Assembly: GCF_009914755.1 (NCBI RefSeq)
Contig: NC_060946.1
Direction: 5' to 3' (one strand)
From: the human T2T-CHM13v2.0 reference genome, Homo sapiens
Length of the DNA: 64,000 nucleotides
Shown piece by piece: positions 25,001-38,229 of the stretch. Both the position numbers and the translations under genes were made by a program. Below the pieces are notes generated by a model. The model ran no database searches and was not told the DNA's origin. It saw nothing but the letters and a program-made list of their open reading frames with translations. Numbering within the stretch: the stretch's first letter is position 1; each line of letters starts with the position of its first letter.

Positions 25001-27580
25001 ATAGGAAGATATTCCCGTTTCCAACGAAATCTTCACAGCTATCCAAATATCCACTTGCAGATGTTTCAAAAAGAGTGTATCAAAACTGCTCTGTCAAAAG
25101 GAAGGTTCTTCTCTGTTAGGTGAGTGCATACGTCATAAAGGAGTTTCTGAGAATGTTTCTGTCTAGTGGTTATGGGAAGATATTTGCTTTTTCACCGTAG
25201 GCCTCAGAGCGCTCCAAATATCCACTTGCACATACTACAAAAAGAGTGCCTCAAAGCTGCTCTCTGAAACGGAATGTTCAACTCTATGAGTTGAATGCAA
25301 ACATCACAAAGACGTTTCTGAGAATGCTTCTGTCTAGATTTGATATGAAGATATTCCCGTTTCCAACGAAATCTTCAAATCTATCCAAATGTCCACTTGC
25401 ATAATCAACAAAAAGTGTTTTTCAGAACTGCTCTATCAAAAGAAAGATCCACCTCTGTTAGCTGAGTTCACACATCACAAACAAGTTTATGAGAATGCTT
25501 CTGTCTAGTTTTTATTTGAAGATAATTCCTTTCTCACCATAGACCTGAAAGCTGTCCTAATGTTCACTTCCAGATACTACAGAAAGTGTTTCAAAACTGC
25601 TGTACGAAAGGGAATGTTCAACTCTGTGACTTGAATGCACACACCACAAAGAAGTTTCTGAGGATGCTGCTGTCTACTTTTTATACGTAATCCCGTTTCC
25701 AACGAAATCCTCCAAGCTATCCAAATATCCACTTGCAGATTCCACAGAAAGACTGTTTCAAAACTGCTCTGTCAATAGAAAGGTTCAACTCTGTTAGCTG
25801 CGTGCATATATCCCAAAGAAGATTCTGAGATTGCTTCTGTCTAGTTTTTATGGGAAGATATTTCCCTTTTCACCGTAGGCGTCAAGGCGCTCCAAATGTC
25901 CACTTCCAGATACTACAAAAAGAGTGTTTCAAACCTACTCTGTGAAAGCGAATATTCAACTCTGTGACTTGAATGCACATATCACAAAGAAGTTTCTGAG
26001 AATGCTTCTGTCGAGATTTTATATGAAGATATTCCCGTTTCCAACGAAATCCTGAAATCTATCCAAATATCCCCTCGCAGATTCTACAAAAAGAGTGTTT
26101 CAAAACTGCTCTGTAAAAAGAAAGGTTCAACTCTGTTAGTTGAGTACACACATCACAAACAAGTTTCACAGAATGCTTCTTTCTAGCTTGTAGGGGAAGA
26201 TATTCCCTTTATCACCATGGTCCTCAAACCGTCCGAAACGTCCACTTCCATATACTACAAAAAGAGCGTTTCAAACCTGCTCTAGGAAAGGCAATGTTCA
26301 ACTCTGTGACTTGAATGCAGACATCACAGAGCAGTTTCTGAGAATGCTTCTGTCTAGATTTTATAGGAAGATATTCCCGTTTCCAACGAAATCTTCACAG
26401 CTATCCAAATATCCACTTGCAGATTCTACAAAAAGAGTGTATCAAAACTGCTCTGTCAAAAGGAAGGTTCTTCTCTGTTAGGTGAGTGCATACGTCATAA
26501 AGGAGTTTCTGAGAATGTTTCTGTCTAGTGGTTATGGGAAGATATTTGCTTTTCCAACGTAGGCCTCAGAGCGCTCCAAATATCCACTTGCACATACTAC
26601 AAAAAGAGTGCCTCAAAGCTGCTCTCTGAAACTTAATGTTCAACTCTATGAGTTGAATGCAAACATCACAAAGACGTTTCTGAGAATGCTTCTGTCTAGA
26701 TTTGATATGAAGATATTCCCGTTTCCAACGAAATCTTCAAATCTATCCAAATGTCCACTTGCAGATTCAACAAAAAGTGTTTTTCAGTACTGCTCTATCA
26801 AAAGAAAGATCCACCTCTGTTAGCTGAGTTCACACATCACAAACAAGTTTATGAGAATGCTTCTGTCTAGTTTTTATTTGAAGATATTTCCTTTCTCACC
26901 ATAGACCTGAAAGCTGTCCTAATGTTCACTTCCAGATACTACAGAAAGAGTGTTTCAAAACTGCTGTATGAAAGGGAATGTTCAACTCTGTGACTTGAAT
27001 GCACACATCACAAAGAAGTTTCTGAGGATGCTGCTGTCTACTTTTTATATGTAATCCCGTTTCCAACGAAATCCTCCAAGCTATCCAAATATCCACTTGC
27101 AGATTCCACAGAAAGACTGTTTCAAAACTGCTCTGTCAATAGAAAGGTTCAACTCTGTTAGCTGCGTGCATATATCCCAAAGAAGATTCTGAGATTGCTT
27201 CTGTCTAGTTTTTATGGGAAGATATTTCCCTTTTCACCGTAGGCGTCAAGGCGCTCCAAATGTCCACTTCCAGATACTACAAAAAGAGTGTTTCAAACCT
27301 ACTCTGTGAAAGCGAATATTCAACTCTGTGACTTGAATGCACATATCACAAAGAAGTTTCTGAGAATGCTTCTGTCGAGATTTTATATGAAGATATTCCC
27401 GTTTCCAACGAAATCCTGAAATCTATCCAAATATCCCCTCGCAGATTCTACAAAAAGAGTGTTTCAAAACTGCTCTGTAAAAAGAAAGGTTCAACTCTGT
27501 TAGTTGAGTACACACATCACAAACAAGTTTCACAGAATGCTTCTTTCTAGCTTGTAGGGGAAGATATTCCCTTTATCACC
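22055..27580 (-). repeat. Tandem duplication of a 2-HOR unit (2726 bp)
   Basis: Private variants repeat at +2726: gatgtttc (~22334/25060), gaagataat, a 2-bp deletion (~22860/25586), cacaccac, tttccaacgtagg, ttcagtac. Confidence 0.93.
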
Positions 27581-30500
27581 ATGGTCCTCAAACCGTCCGA
27601 AACGTCCACTTCCATATACTACAAAAAGAGCGTTTCAAACCTGCTCTAGGAAAGGCAATGTTCAACTCTGTGACTTGAATGCAGACATCACAGAGCAGTT
27701 TCTGAGAATGCTTCTGTCTAGATTTTATAGGAAGATATTCCCGTTTCCAACGAAATCTTCACAGCTATCCAAATATCCACTTGCAGATTCTACAAAAAGA
27801 GTGTATCAAAACTGCTCTGTCAAAAGGAAGGTTCTTCTCTGTTAGGTGAGTGCATACGTCATAAAGGAGTTTCTGAGAATGTTTCTGTCTAGTGGTTATG
27901 GGAAGATATTTGCTTTTCCACCGTAGGCCTCAGAGCGCTCCAAATATCCACTTGCACATACTACAAAAAGAGTGCCTCAAAGCTGCTCTCTGAAACTTAA
28001 TGTTCAACTCTATGAGTTGAATGCAAACATCACAAAGACGTTTCTGAGAATGCTTCTGTCTAGATTTGATATGAAGATATTCCCGTTTCCAACGAAATCT
28101 TCAAATCTATCCAAATGTCCACTTGCAGATTCAACAAAAAGTGTTTTTCAGAACTGCTCTATCAAAAGAAAGATCCACCTCTGTTAGCTGAGTTCACACA
28201 TCACAAACAAGTTTATGAGAATGCTTCTGTCTAGTTTTTATTTGAAGATATTTCCTTTCTCACCATAGACCTGAAAGCTGTCCTAATGTTCACTTCCAGA
28301 TACTACAGAAAGAGTGTTTCAAAACTGCTGTATGAAAGGGAATGTTCAACTCTGTGACTTGAATGCACACATCACAAAGAAGTTTCTGAGGATGCTGCTG
28401 TCTACTTTTTATATGTAATCCCGTTTCCAACGAAATCCTCCAAGCTATCCAAATATCCACTTGCAGATTCCACAGAAAGACTGTTTCAAAACTGCTCTGT
28501 CAATAGAAAGGTTCAACTCTGTTAGCTGCGTGCATATATCCCAAAGAAGATTCTGAGATTGCTTCTGTCTAGTTTTTATGGGAAGATATTTCCCTTTTCA
28601 CCGTAGGCGTCAAGGCGCTCCAAATGTCCACTTCCAGATACTACAAAAAGAGTGTTTCAAACCTACTCTGTGAAAGGGAATATTCAACTCTGTGACTTGA
28701 ATGCACATATCACAAAGAAGTTTCTGAGAATGCTTCTGTCGAGATTTTATATGAAGATATTCCCGTTTCCAACGAAATCCTGAAATCTATCCAAATATCC
28801 CCTCGCAGATTCTACAAAAAGAGTGTTTCAAAACTGCTCTGTAAAAAGAAAGGTTCAACTCTGTTAGTTGAGTACACACATCACAAACAAGTTTCACAGA
28901 ATGCTTCTTTCTAGCTTGTAGGGGAAGATATTCTCTTTATCACCATGGGCCTCCAACCGTCCGAAACATCCACTTCCATATACTACAAAAAGAGCGTTTC
29001 AAACCTGCTCTATGAAAGGCAATGTTCAACTCTGTGACTTGAAAGCAGACATCACAGAGCAGTTTCTGAGAATGCTTCTGTCTAGATTTTATAGGAAGAT
29101 ATTCCCGTTTCCAACGAAATCTTCACAGCTATCCAAATATCCACTTGCAGATTCTACAAAAAGAGTGTATCAAAACTGCTCTGTCAAAAGGAAGGTTCTT
29201 CTCTGTTAGGTGAGTGCATACGTCATAAAGGAGTTTCTGAGAATGTTTCTGTCTAGTGGTTATGGGAAGATATTTGCTTTTTCACCGTAGGCCTCAGAGC
29301 GCTCCAAATATCCACGTGCACATACTACAAAAAGAGTGCCTCAAAGCTGCTCTCTGAAACGGAATGTTCAACTCTATGAGTTGAATGCAAACATCACAAA
29401 GACGTTTCTGAGAATGCTTCTGTCTAGATTTGATATGAAGATATTCCCGTTTCCAACGAAATCTTCAAATCTATCCAAATGTCCACTTGCAGATTCAACA
29501 AAAAGTGTTTTTCAGAACTGCTCTATCAAAAGAAAGATCCACCTCTGTTAGCTGAGTTCACACATCACAAACAAGTTTATGAGAATGCTTCTGTCTAGTT
29601 TTTATTTGAAGATATTTCCTTTCTCACCATAGACCTGAAAGCTGTCCTAATGTTCACTTCCAGATACTACAGAAAGAGTGTTTCAAAACTGCTGTACGAA
29701 AGGGAATGTTCAACTCTGTGACTTGAATGCACACATCACAAAGAAGTTTCTGAGGATGCTGCTGTCTACTTTTTATACGTAATCCCGTTTCCAACGAAAT
29801 CCTCCAAGCTATCCAAATATCCACTTGCAGATTCCACAGAAAGACTGTTTCAAAACTGCTCTGTCAATAGAAAGGTTCAACTCTGTTAGCTGCGTGCATA
29901 TATCCCAAAGAAGATTCTGAGATTGCTTCTGTCTAGTTTTTATGGGAAGATATTTCCCTTTTCACCGTAGGCGTCAAGGCGCTCCAAATGTCCACTTCCA
30001 GATACTACAAAAAGAGTGTTTCAAACCTACTCTGTGAAAGCGAATATTCAACTCTGTGACTTGAATGCACATATCACAAAGAAGTTTCTGAGAATGCTTC
30101 TGTCGAGATTTTATATGAAGATATTCCCGTTTCCAACGAAATCCTGAAATCTATCCAAATATCCCCTCGCAGATTCTACAAAAAGAGTGTTTCAAAACTG
30201 CTCTGTAAAAAGAAAGGTTCAACTCTGTTAGTTGAGTACACACATCACAAACAAGTTTCACAGAATGCTTCTTTCTAGCTTGTAGGGGAAGATATTCCCT
30301 TTATCACCATGGTCCTCAAACCGTCCGAAACGTCCACTTCCATATACTACAAAAAGAGCGTTTCAAACCTGCTCTAGGAAAGGCAATGTTCAACTCTGTG
30401 ACTTGAATGCAGACATCACAGAGCAGTTTCTGAGAATGCTTCTGTCTAGATTTTATAGGAAGATATTCCCGTTTCCAACGAAATCTTCACAGCTATCCAA

Positions 30501-33500
30501 ATATCCACTTGCAGATTCTACAAAAAGAGTGTATCAAAACTGCTCTGTCAAAAGGAAGGTTCTTCTCTGTTAGGTGAGTGCATACGTCATAAAGGAGTTT
30601 CTGAGAATGTTTCTGTCTAGTGGTTATGGGAAGATATTTGCTTTTCCACCGTAGGCCTCAGAGCGCTCCAAATATCCACTTGCACATACTACAAAAAGAG
30701 TGCCTCAAAGCTGCTCTCTGAAACTTAATGTTCAACTCTATGAGTTGAATGCAAACATCACAAAGACGTTTCTGAGAATGCTTCTGTCTAGATTTGATAT
30801 GAAGATATTCCCGTTTCCAACGAAATCTTCAAATCTATCCAAATGTCCACTTGCAGATTCAACAAAAAGTGTTTTTCAGAACTGCTCTATCAAAAGAAAG
30901 ATCCACCTCTGTTAGCTGAGTTCACACATCACAAACAAGTTTATGAGAATGCTTCTGTCTAGTTTTTATTTGAAGATATTTCCTTTCTCACCATAGACCT
31001 GAAAGCTGTCCTAATGTTCACTTCCAGATACTACAGAAAGAGTGTTTCAAAACTGCTGTATGAAAGGGAATGTTCAACTCTGTGACTTGAATGCACACAT
31101 CACAAAGAAGTTTCTGAGGATGCTGCTGTCTACTTTTTATATGTAATCCCGTTTCCAACGAAATCCTCCAAGCTATCCAAATATCCACTTGCAGATTCCA
31201 CAGAAAGACTGTTTCAAAACTGCTCTGTCAATAGAAAGGTTCAACTCTGTTAGCTGCGTGCATATATCCCAAAGAAGATTCTGAGATTGCTTCTGTCTAG
31301 TTTTTATGGGAAGATATTTCCCTTTTCACCGTAGGCGTCAAGGCGCTCCAAATGTCCACTTCCAGATACTACAAAAAGAGTGTTTCAAACCTACTCTGTG
31401 AAAGGGAATATTCAACTCTGTGACTTGAATGCACATATCACAAAGAAGTTTCTGAGAATGCTTCTGTCGAGATTTTATATGAAGATATTCCCGTTTCCAA
31501 CGAAATCCTGAAATCTATCCAAATATCCCCTCGCAGATTCTACAAAAAGAGTGTTTCAAAACTGCTCTGTAAAAAGAAAGGTTCAACTCTGTTAGTTGAG
31601 TACACACATCACAAACAAGTTTCACAGAATGCTTCTTTCTAGCTTGTAGGGGAAGATATTCTCTTTATCACCATGGGCCTCCAACCGTCCGAAACATCCA
31701 CTTCCATATACTACAAAAAGAGCGTTTCAAACCTGCTCTATGAAAGGCAATGTTCAACTCTGTGACTTGAAAGCAGACATCACAGAGCAGTTTCTGAGAA
31801 TGCTTCTGTCTAGATTTTATAGGAAGATATTCCCGTTTCCAACGAAATCTTCACAGCTATCCAAATATCCACTTGCAGATTCTACAAAAAGAGTGTATCA
31901 AAACTGCTCTGTCAAAAGGAAGGTTCTTCTCTGTTAGGTGAGTGCATACGTCATAAAGGAGTTTCTGAGAATGTTTCTGTCTAGTGGTTATGGGAAGATA
32001 TTTGCTTTTTCACCGTAGGCCTCAGAGCGCTCCAAATATCCACGTGCACATACTACAAAAAGAGTGCCTCAAAGCTGCTCTCTGAAACGGAATGTTCAAC
32101 TCTATGAGTTGAATGCAAACATCACAAAGACGTTTCTGAGAATGCTTCTGTCTAGATTTGATATGAAGATATTCCCGTTTCCAACGAAATCTTCAAATCT
32201 ATCCAAATGTCCACTTGCAGATTCAACAAAAAGTGTTTTTCAGAACTGCTCTATCAAAAGAAAGATCCACCTCTGTTAGCTGAGTTCACACATCACAAAC
32301 AAGTTTATGAGAATGCTTCTGTCTAGTTTTTATTTGAAGATATTTCCTTTCTCACCATAGACCTGAAAGCTGTCCTAATGTTCACTTCCAGATACTACAG
32401 AAAGAGTGTTTCAAAACTGCTGTACGAAAGGGAATGTTCAACTCTGTGACTTGAATGCACACATCACAAAGAAGTTTCTGAGGATGCTGCTGTCTACTTT
32501 TTATACGTAATCCCGTTTCCAACGAAATCCTCCAAGCTATCCAAATATCCACTTGCAGATTCCACAGAAAGACTGTTTCAAAACTGCTCTGTCAATAGAA
32601 AGGTTCAACTCTGTTAGCTGCGTGCATATATCCCAAAGAAGATTCTGAGATTGCTTCTGTCTAGTTTTTATGGGAAGATATTTCCCTTTTCACCGTAGGC
32701 GTCAAGGCGCTCCAAATGTCCACTTCCAGATACTACAAAAAGAGTGTTTCAAACCTACTCTGTGAAAGCGAATATTCAACTCTGTGACTTGAATGCACAT
32801 ATCACAAAGAAGTTTCTGAGAATGCTTCTGTCGAGATTTTATATGAAGATATTCCCGTTTCCAACGAAATCCTGAAATCTATCCAAATATCCCCTCGCAG
32901 ATTCTACAAAAAGAGTGTTTCAAAACTGCTCTGTAAAAAGAAAGGTTCAACTCTGTTAGTTGAGTACACACATCACAAACAAGTTTCACAGAATGCTTCT
33001 TTCTAGCTTGTAGGGGAAGATATTCCCTTTATCACCATGGTCCTCAAACCGTCCGAAACGTCCACTTCCATATACTACAAAAAGAGCGTTTCAAACCTGC
33101 TCTAGGAAAGGCAATGTTCAACTCTGTGACTTGAATGCAGACATCACAGAGCAGTTTCTGAGAATGCTTCTGTCTAGATTTTATAGGAAGATATTCCCGT
33201 TTCCAACGAAATCTTCACAGCTATCCAAATATCCACTTGCAGATTCTACAAAAAGAGTGTATCAAAACTGCTCTGTCAAAAGGAAGGTTCTTCTCTGTTA
33301 GGTGAGTGCATACGTCATAAAGGAGTTTCTGAGAATGTTTCTGTCTAGTGGTTATGGGAAGATATTTGCTTTTCCACCGTAGGCCTCAGAGCGCTCCAAA
33401 TATCCACTTGCACATACTACAAAAAGAGTGCCTCAAAGCTGCTCTCTGAAACTTAATGTTCAACTCTATGAGTTGAATGCAAACATCACAAAGACGTTTC

Positions 33501-36500
33501 TGAGAATGCTTCTGTCTAGATTTGATATGAAGATATTCCCGTTTCCAACGAAATCTTCAAATCTATCCAAATGTCCACTTGCAGATTCAACAAAAAGTGT
33601 TTTTCAGAACTGCTCTATCAAAAGAAAGATCCACCTCTGTTAGCTGAGTTCACACATCACAAACAAGTTTATGAGAATGCTTCTGTCTAGTTTTTATTTG
33701 AAGATATTTCCTTTCTCACCATAGACCTGAAAGCTGTCCTAATGTTCACTTCCAGATACTACAGAAAGAGTGTTTCAAAACTGCTGTATGAAAGGGAATG
33801 TTCAACTCTGTGACTTGAATGCACACATCACAAAGAAGTTTCTGAGGATGCTGCTGTCTACTTTTTATATGTAATCCCGTTTCCAACGAAATCCTCCAAG
33901 CTATCCAAATATCCACTTGCAGATTCCACAGAAAGACTGTTTCAAAACTGCTCTGTCAATAGAAAGGTTCAACTCTGTTAGCTGCGTGCATATATCCCAA
34001 AGAAGATTCTGAGATTGCTTCTGTCTAGTTTTTATGGGAAGATATTTCCCTTTTCACCGTAGGCGTCAAGGCGCTCCAAATGTCCACTTCCAGATACTAC
34101 AAAAAGAGTGTTTCAAACCTACTCTGTGAAAGGGAATATTCAACTCTGTGACTTGAATGCACATATCACAAAGAAGTTTCTGAGAATGCTTCTGTCGAGA
34201 TTTTATATGAAGATATTCCCGTTTCCAACGAAATCCTGAAATCTATCCAAATATCCCCTCGCAGATTCTACAAAAAGAGTGTTTCAAAACTGCTCTGTAA
34301 AAAGAAAGGTTCAACTCTGTTAGTTGAGTACACACATCACAAACAAGTTTCACAGAATGCTTCTTTCTAGCTTGTAGGGGAAGATATTCTCTTTATCACC
34401 ATGGGCCTCCAACCGTCCGAAACATCCACTTCCATATACTACAAAAAGAGCGTTTCAAACCTGCTCTATGAAAGGCAATGTTCAACTCTGTGACTTGAAA
34501 GCAGACATCACAGAGCAGTTTCTGAGAATGCTTCTGTCTAGATTTTATAGGAAGATATTCCCGTTTCCAACGAAATCTTCACAGCTATCCAAATATCCAC
34601 TTGCAGATTCTACAAAAAGAGTGTATCAAAACTGCTCTGTCAAAAGGAAGGTTCTTCTCTGTTAGGTGAGTGCATACGTCATAAAGGAGTTTCTGAGAAT
34701 GTTTCTGTCTAGTGGTTATGGGAAGATATTTGCTTTTTCACCGTAGGCCTCAGAGCGCTCCAAATATCCACGTGCACATACTACAAAAAGAGTGCCTCAA
34801 AGCTGCTCTCTGAAACGGAATGTTCAACTCTATGAGTTGAATGCAAACATCACAAAGACGTTTCTGAGAATGCTTCTGTCTAGATTTGATATGAAGATAT
34901 TCCCGTTTCCAACGAAATCTTCAAATCTATCCAAATGTCCACTTGCAGATTCAACAAAAAGTGTTTTTCAGAACTGCTCTATCAAAAGAAAGATCCACCT
35001 CTGTTAGCTGAGTTCACACATCACAAACAAGTTTATGAGAATGCTTCTGTCTAGTTTTTATTTGAAGATATTTCCTTTCTCACCATAGACCTGAAAGCTG
35101 TCCTAATGTTCACTTCCAGATACTACAGAAAGAGTGTTTCAAAACTGCTGTACGAAAGGGAATGTTCAACTCTGTGACTTGAATGCACACATCACAAAGA
35201 AGTTTCTGAGGATGCTGCTGTCTACTTTTTATACGTAATCCCGTTTCCAACGAAATCCTCCAAGCTATCCAAATATCCACTTGCAGATTCCACAGAAAGA
35301 CTGTTTCAAAACTGCTCTGTCAATAGAAAGGTTCAACTCTGTTAGCTGCGTGCATATATCCCAAAGAAGATTCTGAGATTGCTTCTGTCTAGTTTTTATG
35401 GGAAGATATTTCCCTTTTCACCGTAGGCGTCAAGGCGCTCCAAATGTCCACTTCCAGATACTACAAAAAGAGTGTTTCAAACCTACTCTGTGAAAGCGAA
35501 TATTCAACTCTGTGACTTGAATGCACATATCACAAAGAAGTTTCTGAGAATGCTTCTGTCGAGATTTTATATGAAGATATTCCCGTTTCCAACGAAATCC
35601 TGAAATCTATCCAAATATCCCCTCGCAGATTCTACAAAAAGAGTGTTTCAAAACTGCTCTGTAAAAAGAAAGGTTCAACTCTGTTAGTTGAGTACACACA
35701 TCACAAACAAGTTTCACAGAATGCTTCTTTCTAGCTTGTAGGGGAAGATATTCCCTTTATCACCATGGTCCTCAAACCGTCCGAAACGTCCACTTCCATA
35801 TACTACAAAAAGAGCGTTTCAAACCTGCTCTAGGAAAGGCAATGTTCAACTCTGTGACTTGAATGCAGACATCACAGAGCAGTTTCTGAGAATGCTTCTG
35901 TCTAGATTTTATAGGAAGATATTCCCGTTTCCAACGAAATCTTCACAGCTATCCAAATATCCACTTGCAGATTCTACAAAAAGAGTGTATCAAAACTGCT
36001 CTGTCAAAAGGAAGGTTCTTCTCTGTTAGGTGAGTGCATACGTCATAAAGGAGTTTCTGAGAATGTTTCTGTCTAGTGGTTATGGGAAGATATTTGCTTT
36101 TCCACCGTAGGCCTCAGAGCGCTCCAAATATCCACTTGCACATACTACAAAAAGAGTGCCTCAAAGCTGCTCTCTGAAACTTAATGTTCAACTCTATGAG
36201 TTGAATGCAAACATCACAAAGACGTTTCTGAGAATGCTTCTGTCTAGATTTGATATGAAGATATTCCCGTTTCCAACGAAATCTTCAAATCTATCCAAAT
36301 GTCCACTTGCAGATTCAACAAAAAGTGTTTTTCAGAACTGCTCTATCAAAAGAAAGATCCACCTCTGTTAGCTGAGTTCACACATCACAAACAAGTTTAT
36401 GAGAATGCTTCTGTCTAGTTTTTATTTGAAGATATTTCCTTTCTCACCATAGACCTGAAAGCTGTCCTAATGTTCACTTCCAGATACTACAGAAAGAGTG

Positions 36501-36560
36501 TTTCAAAACTGCTGTATGAAAGGGAATGTTCAACTCTGTGACTTGAATGCACACATCACA
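27050..36560 (-). repeat. About 3.5 near-identical tandem copies of a 2-HOR unit (2728 bp)
   Basis: cacgtg at 29313/32041/34769; aaacttaatg in the HORs at 27972/30700/33428/36156; ttctcttt and ttgaaagc at the same period. Confidence 0.93.
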
Positions 36561-38229
36561 AAGAATTTTCTGAGGATGCTGCTGTCTACTTTTTATATGT
36601 AATCCCGTTTCCAACGAAATCCTCCAAGCTATCCAAATATCCACTTGCAGATTCCACAGAAAGACTGTTTCAAAACTGCTCTGTCAATAGAAAGGTTCAA
36701 CTCTGTTAGCTGCGTGCATATATCCCAAAGAAGATTCTGAGATTGCTTCTGTCTAGTTTTTATGGGAAGATATTTCCCTTTTCACCGTAGGCGTCAAGGC
36801 GCTCCAAATGTCCACTTCCAGATACTACAAAAAGAGTGTTTCAAACCTACTCTGTGAAAGGGAATATTCAACTCTGTGACTTGAATGCACATATCACAAA
36901 GAAGTTTCTGATAATGCTTCTGTCGAGATTTTATATGAAGATATTCCCGTTTCCAACGAAATCCTGAAATCTATCCAAATATCCCCTCGCAGATTCTACA
37001 AAAAGAGTGTTTCAAAACTGCTCTGTAAAAAGAAAGGTTCAACTCTGTTAGTTGAGTACACACATCACAAACAAGTTTCACAGAATGCTTCTTTCTAGCT
37101 TGTAGGGGAAGATATTCTCTTTATCACCATGGGCCTCCAACCGTCCGAAACGTCCACTTCCATATACTACAAAAAGAGCGTTTCAAACCTGCTCTATGAA
37201 AGGCAATGTTCAACTCTGTGACTTGAAAGCAGACATCACAGAGCAGTTTCTGAGAATGCTTCTGTCTAGATTTTATAGGAAGATATTCCCGTTTCCAACG
37301 AAATCTTCACAGCTATCCAAATATCCACTTGCAGATTCTACAAAAAGAGTGTATCAAAACTGCTCTGTCAAAAGGAAGGTTCTTCTCTCTTAGGTGAGTG
37401 CATACGTCATAAAGGAGTTTCTGAGAATGTTTCTGTCTAGTGGTTATGGGAAGATATTTGCTTTTTCACCGTAGGCCTCAGAGCGCTCCAAATATCCACT
37501 TGCACATACTACAAAAAGAGTGCCTCAAAGCTGCTCTCTGAAACGGAATGTTCAACTCTATGAGTTGAATGCAAACATCACAAAGACGTTTCTGAGAATG
37601 CTTCTGTCTAGATTTGATATGAAGATATTCCCGTTTCCAACGAAATCTTCAAATCTATCCAAATGTCCACTTGCAGATTCAACAAAAAGTGTTTTTCAGA
37701 ACTTCTCTATCAAAAGAAAGATCCACCTCTGTTAGCTGAGTTCACACATCACAAACAAGTTTATGAGAATGCTTCTGTCTAGTTTTTATTTGAAGATATT
37801 TCCTTTCTCACCATAGACCTGAAAGCTGTCCTAATGTTCACTTCCAGATACTACAGAAAGAGTGTTTCAAAACTGCTGTACGAAAGGGAATGTTCAACTC
37901 TGTGACTTGAATGCACACATCACAAAGAAGTTTCTGAGGATGCTGCTGTCTACTTTTTATACGTAATCCCGTTTCCAACGAAATCCTCCAAGCTATCCAA
38001 ATATCCACTTGCAGATTCCACAGAAAGACTGTTTCAAAACTGCTCTGTCAATAGAAAGGTTCAACTCTGTTAGCTGCGTGCATATATCCCAAAGAAGATT
38101 CTGAGATTGCTTCTGTCTAGTTTTTATGGGAAGATATTTCCCTTTTCACCGTAGGCGTCAAGGCGCTCCAAATGTCCACTTCCAGATACTACAAAAAGAG
38201 TGTTTCAAACCTACTCTGTGAAAGGGAAT

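Noticed and set aside
29313-29318. CACGTG E-box as a regulatory site
   Set aside because: It is a single substitution copied by duplication, with no evidence of function.
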